From a virus: 64,000 nt of DNA. The DNA is taken from positions 1 to 64,000 of the IMG/VR virus record IMGVR_UViG_3300047553_000365; one strand, 5' to 3'. Shown piece by piece: positions 8,288-17,155 of the stretch. The position numbers and the translations under genes are program-made. The notes beneath the pieces were generated by a model. The model worked only from the letters and a program-made list of their open reading frames with translations, was not told the origin of the DNA and did no database searches. Each line of letters starts with the position of its first letter. The first letter of the stretch is position 1.

Positions 8288-8330
8288 ATAGTGTGGTGAG
8301 GAACCACGAAACAAAAAACCAAACAAAAAT

Positions 8331-9161
8331 ATGAAAACTATAAAGTATGCAGTGTCGGTGATGGTTGCCATTTTAGCAACAAGTGTGATTGCTGCGGGAC
8401 AATCAAAGAAATTAATCCCTAGCGTTCCAGCAGGGGATATGGTAACAACTCCAACAGTTGTAAGAACTGGAACATACCCTACTCTATCGTGGCGTATTTC
8501 CTATCCCTCAAATGTGGGTAGTTTTGCCACTATTAATAAGGGGGTCGTTACTCTCACCAAACAATCTTATGTTTCCGTAAGAGCAATCGGTGTGGGTGTT
8601 ACTGGTGGAAATGCCAATGCAGCTACTAGCAATGTGGATATTAGAATGAATACTGGTAGCGGGTTTCAACAATTGTTCTATGGAACAAATGCTGATGTTG
8701 ACCCTGCCCACGTTCTTTACACAAAGAGCTTGAATGTTGGCGCATCTGTCAACTTTGGTGGAAGATTTGAAGTAGATAATACCCTATCTCCCTTTTACAC
8801 AGGTAATAGTTCTAATTTAAGAGTTGTTGTTCTAGTGGATGGTGACAAGATTCCAACTACTTATGATCTTAAGACAAGTGGTAAACTTGCAAGTTACTTG
8901 GCTCCATATGTTGATGGAACTAGTAAGATCAGTGTCGGTCCAACAAGTGCTATCGTTCTTATGGAAGTTGGTGCTTCAAAAACTACTGATGGTGAATTTG
9001 ATTATCAAGATATTGCTCTACTTGTAACCATATCTGATAAGAACAACAATGGTCACGGTAACAACCTTGACGGTGTGGATTCCTCAAACCCCGGAAAGGG
9101 ATCTGGTGGCCCAAGTGGTGCTGAAGACCCCTCTGGTGGTGTTGATGATGAATCAAAATAA
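8331..9161 (+). CDS. secreted protein, probably host-derived
   Basis: Signal peptide MKTIKYAVSVMVAILATSVIAA; beta-rich body; C-terminal NNGHGNNLDGVDSSNPG motif; own promoter and terminator. Confidence 0.75.
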   Translation: MKTIKYAVSVMVAILATSVIAAGQSKKLIPSVPAGDMVTTPTVVRTGTYPTLSWRISYPSNVGSFATINKGVVTLTKQSYVSVRAIGVGVTGGNANAATSNVDIRMNTGSGFQQLFYGTNADVDPAHVLYTKSLNVGASVNFGGRFEVDNTLSPFYTGNSSNLRVVVLVDGDKIPTTYDLKTSGKLASYLAPYVDGTSKISVGPTSAIVLMEVGASKTTDGEFDYQDIALLVTISDKNNNGHGNNLDGVDSSNPGKGSGGPSGAEDPSGGVDDESK

Positions 9162-9187
9162 CCGATAATTAACAGGTCCAAATAATA

Positions 9188-9214
9188 AGGGTGGGTTAAA
9201 TACCCGCCCTTTTT
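9188..9214 (+). terminator. rho-independent terminator
   Basis: AGGGTGGGT-TAAAT-ACCCGCCCT then T run. Confidence 0.85.
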
Positions 9215-9263
9215 ATTGCCCAAATGGGTTGACAAACCCCCTCCCTATGCTAAAGTAATACAT

Positions 9264-9872
9264 ATGAATAAAGCCATCGAAAATTGCTCGCCTAAATTTA
9301 AGAAGTTCTTCGCATGGTCATGTGATTTTCTTAAGGAACATAATAAGAAGTTAGTAATTAAAAATACTAAAAAAATTAAGTACTTAGAAGATGGTACTTA
9401 TTGTTCTGGGTGGTGTACAGGAGAGGAAATTGTTGTTGCTGCAAAGCACCATATGTTTCAAGAAGTCTACTGCCATGAGTTTTGTCACATGTTACAAGCA
9501 ATTGAAAAAGACCCTCTCTGGGAACAGGATAATGGTAAGTTTTGGACCAATATGGTTGAAGGAACTCTTTGTATAAAAGATTGGGATCAAGCCTTTGGAT
9601 TGATTCAATTGGAAAGAGACTGTGAACGAAGAACCATTCAGCTTTCTAAAAAGTGGGATCTATTCGATACTAAAAAGTATGCCCAAAAAGCCAATCTGTA
9701 TCTTCAATACTACCAATACGTTTTTCTTAAGAAAACGTGGAGGTCTTCTACTTCAATTTATAAACCAAATCTGGTTAAGGTCATGCCTGATAAACTTCTT
9801 CCATTATCTAAATTACAAATAATTGATATGGAACTAATGAAACTATACGAAAAAGAAATAGGAAAAAAATAA
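9264..9872 (+). CDS. HEXXH zinc-metallopeptidase-like protein
   Basis: YCHEFCHMLQ...LERDCE; start moved to the ATG after TTGACA-16-TAAAGT. Confidence 0.6.
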   Translation: MNKAIENCSPKFKKFFAWSCDFLKEHNKKLVIKNTKKIKYLEDGTYCSGWCTGEEIVVAAKHHMFQEVYCHEFCHMLQAIEKDPLWEQDNGKFWTNMVEGTLCIKDWDQAFGLIQLERDCERRTIQLSKKWDLFDTKKYAQKANLYLQYYQYVFLKKTWRSSTSIYKPNLVKVMPDKLLPLSKLQIIDMELMKLYEKEIGKK

Positions 9873-9876
9873 ACAT

Positions 9877-10149
9877 ATGCCATACATTAAACAAGAAGAC
9901 AGAGTTAGAATGGAACATAAGGAAGTTCCAGAAAATGCAGGAGAATTAAATTACGCTATTCACCTTCTATTAGAGGAATACCTATACGCTAGAGGAGAAT
10001 GCTACCAAACCTATAATGATATGTTGGGAGCATTGAATGGAGTGGCACAAGAACTTTATAGACGCAGAGTTGCACCATATGAAGACAAGAAGATTGCTGA
10101 GAATGGTGATATTCTATTCTACAATCCCACACTATATCAAAATCAATGA
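9877..10149 (+). CDS. conserved phage hypothetical protein
   Basis: MPYIKQEDR...GELNY...ELYRRRVAPYEDKKI. Confidence 0.75.
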   Translation: MPYIKQEDRVRMEHKEVPENAGELNYAIHLLLEEYLYARGECYQTYNDMLGALNGVAQELYRRRVAPYEDKKIAENGDILFYNPTLYQNQ

Positions 10150-10309
10150 AAGAGTTGAGATGGGTAATAATCAGAATTGATGGGCAAGAACACACACTTA
10201 AAAGAATACATTTTAAGTATAAAGTATTTGCCAAACTCTATCTAGGAATCGCAAAGATTTTTGGATTAAAGGGAGAATATACTATAAAATATCTAAAAGT
10301 ACATATTGA

Positions 10310-10501
10310 ATGAATACTAGGAGAAACTTTACTTTTGAATTTGTACCATTTTGTCATTGGTTTTGGAGAACCTATGATAGATACGAAGACTTTCCCGACA
10401 TCGTAAATGTTTTTGGGGGTGGACCATTTTTCCAGTATTGGTATTATGAAAAATACTGCCCAATCAAACACAAAGATATAAAAATTCAAGGATATAATTA
10501 A
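10310..10501 (+). CDS. hypothetical protein
   Basis: ORF track. Confidence 0.5.
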   Translation: MNTRRNFTFEFVPFCHWFWRTYDRYEDFPDIVNVFGGGPFFQYWYYEKYCPIKHKDIKIQGYN

Positions 10502-10502
10502 A

Positions 10503-10910
10503 ATGAAACTTACACAAGAACAAATTTTTGAAAAATACCCCAAGATCTTTAAGGAAAAGGATCTCCCCCCACAACAAACCTGTATGTGTTGGGGGCTTGA
10601 GGTTCCTTATGCTTGGATGCCCGTGATTGAAAGACTTTGCAATGCAATGCAGAACTATGCTTGGGTTAGTAGTAATACCCCAAAAATGCAGGTGGTTGCC
10701 GAACAGGTTAAAGAAAAATATGGAACAATGCGCTTCTATTTCCGTATTGAAATAGAAAAGCCGTTTGATGAACTAAACGAAAAACAAAAACAAGAAGTTC
10801 ATAATCGTAGAAGAGAAGTAGAAGGTATGATTTTTATGGCAGATTCTGTGATTAACGGATTACCAGAATTTTACGAACAATTGAAGTCAGTGATGGAAGA
10901 AGAAAAATGA
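10503..10910 (+). CDS. conserved hypothetical protein
   Basis: QVKEKYGTMRFY motif. Confidence 0.75.
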   Translation: MKLTQEQIFEKYPKIFKEKDLPPQQTCMCWGLEVPYAWMPVIERLCNAMQNYAWVSSNTPKMQVVAEQVKEKYGTMRFYFRIEIEKPFDELNEKQKQEVHNRRREVEGMIFMADSVINGLPEFYEQLKSVMEEEK

Positions 10911-11569
10911 AATGGAAATGTAAAAGATGCGGGGCGGAGTTTGATCCAAATAAAGGAAGACTTGACGAACTTTACCATCCATGTTATTGTAAAGAATCTC
11001 CGAGTCCTTGGGAGCCAATAGAGAATAAGAATATGAATATACTAGACAAAACAAAAACCTACCTAATCGGCCCAATGGAATATGCTGATGGTAGAAAATG
11101 GAGAGAAGACATGACAAGCTTTCTTCACCAAATGGGAGTGACTGTATTTGATCCATATAAGAAACCATTCACCAATGCTCCACAAGAGGATGAACAAACT
11201 CATTCCAAAATGGCTAAGTTGATGAATGGGGGAGACTTCGATGAAGTTCATGAACACTTTAAAAGAGTAAGAGCATTTGACTTATCGATGGTTGATAGAT
11301 CAGACTTTATTATTTGTTACATCAATCCAAAGGTTCCCACATTTGGAACTATTGAAGAGTTGGTAACTAGTGTAAGAATGAAGCGACCAACCTTTGTGGT
11401 TGTTGAAGGTGGTAAAGCCAAGACTCCACTATGGATCATGGGAATGATGCCACACAAATACATCTACAATTCTTTTGAAGAGTTAAAGTTGATGTTGACA
11501 AATATCGATCAGGGTGTAAAATCCATCGATAGTGACAGGTGGAGATTATTCAAACCAGAATTAAGATGA
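10907..11569 (+). CDS. nucleoside 2-deoxyribosyltransferase/dNMP hydrolase-like protein with Cys-rich N-extension
   Basis: YLIGPM...FDPY...DLSMVDRSDFII...GTIEEL. Confidence 0.75.
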   Translation: MKWKCKRCGAEFDPNKGRLDELYHPCYCKESPSPWEPIENKNMNILDKTKTYLIGPMEYADGRKWREDMTSFLHQMGVTVFDPYKKPFTNAPQEDEQTHSKMAKLMNGGDFDEVHEHFKRVRAFDLSMVDRSDFIICYINPKVPTFGTIEELVTSVRMKRPTFVVVEGGKAKTPLWIMGMMPHKYIYNSFEELKLMLTNIDQGVKSIDSDRWRLFKPELR

Positions 11570-11787
11570 TATACGTGACACCAGAAGAAGCAGCCCTAAG
11601 AAAAGCTGCGGAAGAATTGGTAGATTTAGCTTTTTTAGATACTCTTGTAGGGTCTAGAAATAAGAAAGTGGGAGACTTGGTTGAAAGATTTAAGAAATCC
11701 CACCCTGATCTTGATATGAGTAAATTAACCCCTGAGCATTTTGCACACTGGTTGCATAAATTTGAAGGAATGGATGGAAAATTATGA
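11566..11787 (+). CDS. hypothetical protein
   Basis: ATGA-coupled start. Confidence 0.6.
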   Translation: MIYVTPEEAALRKAAEELVDLAFLDTLVGSRNKKVGDLVERFKKSHPDLDMSKLTPEHFAHWLHKFEGMDGKL

Positions 11788-11943
11788 GCTTTGAAACCAT
11801 AATGATTAGCGTTGTGTTTGTTATCTACTTCTCTACAGGAGTGGGATACGCAATTAAAGGCAATTGGCCTTGGGCCATTGTTTGGGTTTCGTATGCTATG
11901 GCAAACGTTGGAATGATTTGGGCATCACTAGTAAAGAAATAAT

Positions 11944-12138
11944 ATGAAAAGAAAAACAGAAGAAATGATAGCAGCCATTGTTGGAGTATCAGGAGCAATA
12001 ATCTTCCTGTTGGGAGTCCTTGCTCTAATCGTTATGGCTTTTATAAAAGCCCCGATTGTGTGTTTTTGTTTTATTGGAGGACTTATTCTTCTCCATTGGA
12101 TGGTTTTTGGAATAGCGTATTGTAGTAGGGACAAATGA
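11944..12138 (+). CDS. small membrane protein
   Basis: Two hydrophobic segments. Confidence 0.6.
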   Translation: MKRKTEEMIAAIVGVSGAIIFLLGVLALIVMAFIKAPIVCFCFIGGLILLHWMVFGIAYCSRDK

Positions 12139-12139
12139 T

Positions 12140-12415
12140 ATGAACAAAGAACAAATTAAAGAAAATTTCCAAAAATGGAAAAAACTTAAAGCCGAATTAA
12201 ACGCTTTGGGGTTGAGTTGTTTTCCTGAATTTGCTGAAAAAGGATTTGATATTGTATCTATTGTAGAAGTTCTACAACCAATTACGGTTACTGAAATAGC
12301 TGAACTTTTAGGAGATTGGGGATCTCATGATGAGGTGGTAAAAAAAGCTTGGTATCATATTGGAACAAAAGAATTGGATATGGATCAACATTGGAGATTA
12401 ATCATTAGAAAATAA
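12140..12415 (+). CDS. hypothetical protein
   Basis: ORF track. Confidence 0.65.
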   Translation: MNKEQIKENFQKWKKLKAELNALGLSCFPEFAEKGFDIVSIVEVLQPITVTEIAELLGDWGSHDEVVKKAWYHIGTKELDMDQHWRLIIRK

Positions 12416-12416
12416 T

Positions 12417-12647
12417 ATGAAATACGGTAGACTTATTGAAAACTCTTATCCTTATAAGAAAGGAACAGAATTCATCATAACTGGAGGTGATGATGGGTGG
12501 GGAAGTGGATATCCCTTTTACAGCGGAACTATTAGGGGTATAAGGTTTTCCTTTGAAAGAGGTAGAGTGGAAATAATTTCAGAAGAGGAATTCATAAACA
12601 GAGTAATTAAATGTGAACCAATAATTTTACCAGAGGAGAATTATTAA
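12417..12647 (+). CDS. hypothetical protein
   Basis: ORF track. Confidence 0.65.
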   Translation: MKYGRLIENSYPYKKGTEFIITGGDDGWGSGYPFYSGTIRGIRFSFERGRVEIISEEEFINRVIKCEPIILPEENY

Positions 12648-12648
12648 T

Positions 12649-13065
12649 ATGAAAATCAAAGTTAAAACGACACCAGAACAAAGAAAGCTTATCAAAGAGC
12701 AGCTTGAGAGATACAAGGACAGCCTTTGTTCCTTGAAGGAAGAATATCTTCGTGAAGTTGAAGAAACCAAGGCAAGAATTTCAGAGTATAAAAAGTTTTG
12801 GGAAACCAATGAAATGTCAATTTATGAGTCTGACTATAATAGACCTTATGATAAGAAAAGACTTTGTAAGGCAAGGGCCGTATATAAAGAAATGGGGCTG
12901 AATATCAATACCATGGAACCTTGGAGTTTGTGGTGTTGCTCTGAATGTGGTCAAGAGATTAAGAAAAAATATATAGCTACTGGTCACGATCATACGGATT
13001 ATTCCTATGATGTTTGTGACTGTGATGGAGTTCAGAAAAACAAAAGATGGGAAGAATTGAATTAA
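12649..13065 (+). CDS. hypothetical protein (coiled coil plus Cys cluster)
   Basis: ORF track. Confidence 0.7.
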   Translation: MKIKVKTTPEQRKLIKEQLERYKDSLCSLKEEYLREVEETKARISEYKKFWETNEMSIYESDYNRPYDKKRLCKARAVYKEMGLNINTMEPWSLWCCSECGQEIKKKYIATGHDHTDYSYDVCDCDGVQKNKRWEELN

Positions 13066-13193
13066 TGAATAAATATGTTGAATTATTACTGAGTATGTGT
13101 ACTAGTTATCTAATGAATAAGATCACTAAGGAAACATTTTTATCTAATCTAGAAATTATGCTTACACAGATGAAAGAATTGAAGGATTGATAT

Positions 13194-13406
13194 ATGGAAA
13201 GACCGAGGAAAAGTAAAAGAATTTTGGCCCCACAAAAAGAGAATCCTCTAAAAGTTGTGACGGTTGAAATGAAAGCACCAGATGGCATGGGGGTTATTTT
13301 TATATATAATTGTTCAGATGAAGTCCTTAAAGAAAGAATCAAAGAAGAAGAGAGTAGAGGATACACTCTTGTATCACAAATGGCGTATAACTCAGAGGTA
13401 GAGTAG
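13194..13406 (+). CDS. hypothetical protein; stop inside tRNA-Ile
   Basis: ORF track; last codons overlap the tRNA acceptor and D arm. Confidence 0.55.
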   Translation: MERPRKSKRILAPQKENPLKVVTVEMKAPDGMGVIFIYNCSDEVLKERIKEEESRGYTLVSQMAYNSEVE

Positions 13407-13452
13407 AATCTTGATAAGGTTCAAGCCGTTGGTTCGATCCCAACTACGCCAA
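13381..13452 (+). tRNA. trnI: tRNA-Ile(GAT)
   Basis: TGGCGTA/TACGCCA, GAATC-TTGATAA-GGTTC. Confidence 0.92.
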
Positions 13453-13465
13453 CTTAAATAACATT

Positions 13466-13744
13466 ATGGAATATATACTAATAGCATTCGCGTTCTTCGT
13501 TCTTGGAATCATATCATTTCCCTTTCTAGCCTTTTTAAGAGCTAGAAGTGATAGAGAGTGGGATGATTCTAATATTACTAATATGATTAGATTACTGTCC
13601 CATGTCATTGCTCATCCTAGCGATTTTGCTAAGATGCAGTATCCAGATGGTAAAAAACCTTTCTGGTATCTTGACAAGGACGAATTTGCTGATATAGTAA
13701 ACAGTAGACCAAACAAAAAACAACATGAAAACAGGAAGAATTAA
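13466..13744 (+). CDS. membrane-anchored hypothetical protein
   Basis: N-terminal TM helix. Confidence 0.7.
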   Translation: MEYILIAFAFFVLGIISFPFLAFLRARSDREWDDSNITNMIRLLSHVIAHPSDFAKMQYPDGKKPFWYLDKDEFADIVNSRPNKKQHENRKN

Positions 13745-13903
13745 ACAAAGAGTGGTTGCCCAACGCGACAACAGATACTTTCAAGATAATGTCAATAATC
13801 TTTTAAATGAGGGATATCTTGTTATCGATCTAAAAATTAGTGATGAATTTATGGTGGCAGTTTTAGAAAAATTAGAAGAAAATAAAATAGAACAACAATA
13901 ATT

Positions 13904-14110
13904 ATGAGTAACGATAGATCAAATGGCGCAGGTGCAGGTGGGGGAATTGGCTTCGTAGGACTGTTAACAGTCGCTTTCGTAGTACTGAAGCTTTGTCATG
14001 TTATAGACTGGTCTTGGTGGTGGGTTCTTGCCCCCATTTGGATTTCTGCTATTTTCGTGATTGCAATTCTAGCAGTATTCTTAGGAATATTCATCCTGAT
14101 GGGCAAGTAA
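13904..14110 (+). CDS. small membrane protein (Fragile-X-F/TMEM185-like)
   Basis: LKLCHVIDWSWWWVLAPIW; paralog at 43603. Confidence 0.7.
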   Translation: MSNDRSNGAGAGGGIGFVGLLTVAFVVLKLCHVIDWSWWWVLAPIWISAIFVIAILAVFLGIFILMGK

Positions 14111-14183
14111 GGGAGTATAGTTTAACGGATAGAACGCATCGGTACGGACGATGAGGCTGTGGGTTCAATTCCTCATACTCTCA
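14111..14183 (+). tRNA. trnR: tRNA-Arg(ACG)
   Basis: GGGAGTA/TACTCTC, CATCG-GTACGGA-CGATG. Confidence 0.88.
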
Positions 14184-14196
14184 CACAAACAAAATT

Positions 14197-14637
14197 ATGG
14201 ACACCGAAGAAAAAATACAATTTCTAGAAGAACTATCGGGTTACGAAGGAACGGAATGTGGTGAAATGTGGTCTTGGTTATATAACTTATATCGTTATAA
14301 AGATTCATATTTATTCGATGAAGACTTTAAATCTAGTATGGATAAGGAAATCGAAAAACAATTTGATTCTGCTATGGAAATGATAGAAGAAGGAAGTCTT
14401 GAGGATGTGAATGAACTGCTTGAAAAATATTCCATATCAGTTAATGTTCCAACTACTCCTGTAGAGGATAAAATATTGACAATGTATTTTAGTGGAGATA
14501 ATGTGTGGGTAGCATGTAATCCCCATTTTGGTATAAGTGTTCTTGCTAAGACTGAGAAAGAAGCCATTGAAGAAGTTAAGAGAGCAATCAAAACACACAA
14601 AGTCAATAATTTTGAAAAATATGATTACGGAGAATAA
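14197..14637 (+). CDS. hypothetical protein with HicB-like C-terminus
   Basis: VWVACNPHFGISVLAKTEKEAIEEVKRAI. Confidence 0.55.
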   Translation: MDTEEKIQFLEELSGYEGTECGEMWSWLYNLYRYKDSYLFDEDFKSSMDKEIEKQFDSAMEMIEEGSLEDVNELLEKYSISVNVPTTPVEDKILTMYFSGDNVWVACNPHFGISVLAKTEKEAIEEVKRAIKTHKVNNFEKYDYGE

Positions 14638-14944
14638 TAATCTCAAACAGGGTTTAATGGATTATATGGAGAGAGCTAAAAATAGCGGAAAACCTGCTAT
14701 GATAGTTTCTTTCATAAAAGAATTACCATTATCCGAATTTTGGGAGAAGAGATTCGCGCAAAATGAAACAATGATGTTGTGGAAGTATCATGGATTATAT
14801 GAGGACACTGATTGTTATGTTGCTTTAGATATGGATGAAAAATATAACTATATTCCATTTATTATGGTAAGTGTAAAAGTCCATGATTACATAATTAAAG
14901 AGATTTATAAAATAGATGATTTGAATAAAGTGGATAAAATTTAA
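14621..14944 (+). CDS. hypothetical protein
   Basis: Internal ATG of track ORF 14537. Confidence 0.65.
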   Translation: MITENNNLKQGLMDYMERAKNSGKPAMIVSFIKELPLSEFWEKRFAQNETMMLWKYHGLYEDTDCYVALDMDEKYNYIPFIMVSVKVHDYIIKEIYKIDDLNKVDKI

Positions 14945-14948
14945 ATAT

Positions 14949-15025
14949 ACACGGGCATGTCCAAGGCAAGGCGATGAGGACTCCAAATCTTCGTGAGTAG
15001 GGTTCGATACCCTAACCGTGTGCCA
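14949..15025 (+). tRNA. trnW: tRNA-Trp(CCA)
   Basis: GAGGA-CTCCAAA-TCTTC, T arm TAGGG/CCCTA, encoded CCA; irregular acceptor/D junction. Confidence 0.85.
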
Positions 15026-15028
15026 GAT

Positions 15029-15099
15029 GTTCCGGTGGGGGAGTGGTTACTCGACAGTCTGCAAAACTGTTTATGTGTGTTCGATTCACACCCGGAACT
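15029..15099 (+). tRNA. trnC: tRNA-Cys(GCA)
   Basis: GTTCCGG/CCGGAAC, ACAGT-CTGCAAA-ACTGT, U73. Confidence 0.93.
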
Positions 15100-15268
15100 C
15101 ATAATAAAATTTTTCAATTAAAGTTAGGTTTATCGTCAAAAAGTTATCCAATATGCAACAGATAATGAAGTAGATTTATGGAGCCGCAATAATATAGAGT
15201 ATACAGCATAGTGAAATATATTTATTAGATAAACATACACCCCCTCGGTCAAAGGGATTAATTGAAAT

Positions 15269-15341
15269 GGGAAGTTAGCTCAGTTGGTAGAGCGGCTGAT
15301 TTACATTCAGCATGTCGGCGGTTCGAACCCGTCACTTCCTA
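15269..15341 (+). tRNA. trnV: tRNA-Val(TAC)
   Basis: GGGAAGT/ACTTCCT, GCTGA-TTTACAT-TCAGC. Confidence 0.95.
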
Positions 15342-15344
15342 CAT

Positions 15345-15554
15345 ATGCAAAAATACAAACTTGTTAAATTTGATTATGACAACATGCCAGAACCTTATCA
15401 TAAAGAATATCCCTTTACAAAACATGGTGTATATGTTATGTTGGGAGAAATTGAAGGTATGGATGGGCATTGTATTGTGGTAAGTAGAGACGGTCACACT
15501 TATTGGGGATATCATACAGAAAATTTTATTGAATTAACAGAAGAAGAATTATAA
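15345..15554 (+). CDS. hypothetical protein
   Basis: ATG just after tRNA-Val. Confidence 0.65.
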   Translation: MQKYKLVKFDYDNMPEPYHKEYPFTKHGVYVMLGEIEGMDGHCIVVSRDGHTYWGYHTENFIELTEEEL

Positions 15555-15555
15555 C

Positions 15556-15627
15556 GGAGCATTGGTATATCGGTTATTACCCTCGCCTGTCGAGCGAGTG
15601 AGTCGGGTTCAACTCCCGAATGTTCCG
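15556..15627 (+). tRNA. trnD: tRNA-Asp(GTC)
   Basis: GGAGCAT/ATGTTCC, CTCGC-CTGTCGA-GCGAG, G73. Confidence 0.95.
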
Positions 15628-15786
15628 CCCTCCTGCCTCTATTCAGCACAAGGAATAGAGTATTCTTTGGATAAGAGTGAGTTCGCAACTCAATGATGCC
15701 AAGGACAATCCGACACAAATTAAAGTAAGAGTGGGGTAGCGACCATTAAGAAATAGTCACTGTGTATTATCGGTAGTGGGAAATTA

Positions 15787-15859
15787 GGGGGATTAGCTCA
15801 ATTGGTAGAGCGTTGTCTTTGCAAGGCAAATGTCATCGGTTCGAATCCGATATCCTCCA
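15787..15859 (+). tRNA. trnA: tRNA-Ala(TGC)
   Basis: G3:U70 pair, loop TTTGCAA. Confidence 0.96.
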
Positions 15860-15866
15860 CATTAAC

Positions 15867-15942
15867 GGGCATGTATCCCAACGGTAGAGGAGATGCGCTT
15901 AGAACGCATATAGTGTCAGTTCGAATCTGACCATGCCCACCA
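15867..15942 (+). tRNA. trnL: tRNA-Leu(TAG), short variable loop
   Basis: GGGCATG/CATGCCC, ATGCG-CTTAGAA-CGCAT, encoded CCA. Confidence 0.9.
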
Positions 15943-16030
15943 TTGGCCTTAGTCGTATTAGGCCAACCCTTAGTGTTCGCAGGGATGGGATGAGGTTTAC
16001 GCCTATCATAAAACACCAAAAAACTGCAAT

Positions 16031-16103
16031 CCCTTGGTAGCTCAGTTGGTAGAGCATCTGATTGAAGATCAGAGTGTCGTCAGTTCAAATCTGGCCCAAG
16101 GGA
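16031..16103 (+). tRNA. trnF: tRNA-Phe(GAA)
   Basis: CCCTTGG/CCAAGGG, TCTGA-TTGAAGA-TCAGA. Confidence 0.96.
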
Positions 16104-16289
16104 CATTATGAAAACGAAAACATTATATAAACGACAGATAACCTACAATGATAAGGTGATTTGGGAAAGCGAATGGGGATGTGGAAAAGAAAAAACCCCT
16201 TGGGAACTATTGGAGGAAAAATATGGTAAAAACTTAATGAATAGGGTTACTATAAGTTTTCTTATAAAGAAAGATAATAATTGAAGAGT

Positions 16290-16363
16290 GGGGTGGTAGC
16301 TTAATGGTAAAGCCGCAGATTGTGATTCTGCCTATCAGGGTTCGATTCCCTGCCATCCCTCCA
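16290..16363 (+). tRNA. trnH: tRNA-His(GTG), no encoded G-1, U73
   Basis: GGGGTGG/CCATCCC, GCAGA-TTGTGAT-TCTGC, T-CCA; position -1 is T. Confidence 0.92.
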
Positions 16364-16365
16364 AC

Positions 16366-16436
16366 AGACCCGTAGTGTAACGGCAACACCCCTGATTTTG
16401 ATTCAGGTATTCAAGGTTCGAATCCTTGCGGGTCTA
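16366..16436 (+). tRNA. trnQ: tRNA-Gln(TTG)
   Basis: AGACCCG/CGGGTCT, CCTGA-TTTTGAT-TCAGG. Confidence 0.93.
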
Positions 16437-16472
16437 CTTGACATTGTGTTGGAATATGGTAATATAAATTAT

Positions 16473-16564
16473 GGATGTGTGGTCGAGTCTGGTTTATGGC
16501 ATCCGACTTGAAATCGGAAGATGGGTTAGCAGCCTGTCCGTGGGTTCAAATCCTACCGCATCCT
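16473..16564 (+). tRNA. trnS: tRNA-Ser(TGA)
   Basis: GGATGTG/CGCATCC, TCCGA-CTTGAAA-TCGGA, long variable arm. Confidence 0.95.
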
Positions 16565-16588
16565 CATAACTAGTCTATTATTTGTCAT

Positions 16589-16679
16589 GGATAGGTGGTA
16601 GAGTCTGGTTTATTACACTTCTTTGCTAAAGAAGCGGTCGCTAACAGCGGCCCGATGGGTTCGAATCCCTCCCTATCCT
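16589..16679 (+). tRNA. trnS: tRNA-Ser(GCT)
   Basis: GGATAGG/CCTATCC, CTTCT-TTGCTAA-AGAAG, long variable arm. Confidence 0.95.
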
Positions 16680-16696
16680 CTTAATTAAATACATAT

Positions 16697-17155
16697 ATGA
16701 ATGACGAACTAATATTACATGACTCAGAGACATTAAAACACGTAAATGCTGTAAGAGAAAATATCTGGGAACTTATTAAACATTTAGATGAAAGAGCGCA
16801 GGTTCACGATGCATCTAAATTTGAAGAACCAGAAAGATCAGTTTTTGCTTCTAATACTCCTAAATTGGCTAGAACCGAATATGGGACCGAAGCATATAAA
16901 AAACTTCTAGAAGAAGTCAAACCAGCTATAGATCATCACTATTCAAAGAATACTCACCATCCCGAACATTGGCCAAATGGTATTGAAGATATGGATTTGT
17001 TGGATCTAGTCGAAATGCTCTGTGATTGGGCGGCAGCTACCAAAAGAAATAAGAATGGTAATATACATAAATCCATTGAACATAATCAAGAGAGATTTGG
17101 TATAAGTCCTCAACTATCTAAGATATTTACAAATACGGTTAATAGATATTTCTAA
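16697..17155 (+). CDS. DUF5662-like HD-type protein
   Basis: HDASKFEEPE...HHYSKNTHHPEHW...EMLCDW. Confidence 0.75.
   Translation: MNDELILHDSETLKHVNAVRENIWELIKHLDERAQVHDASKFEEPERSVFASNTPKLARTEYGTEAYKKLLEEVKPAIDHHYSKNTHHPEHWPNGIEDMDLLDLVEMLCDWAAATKRNKNGNIHKSIEHNQERFGISPQLSKIFTNTVNRYF

Noticed and set aside
15100-15260. Remnant HTH/HNH gene between tRNA-Cys and tRNA-Val
   Set aside because: Only a short startless frame (YRQKVIQYA...) bounded by stops; cannot be supported
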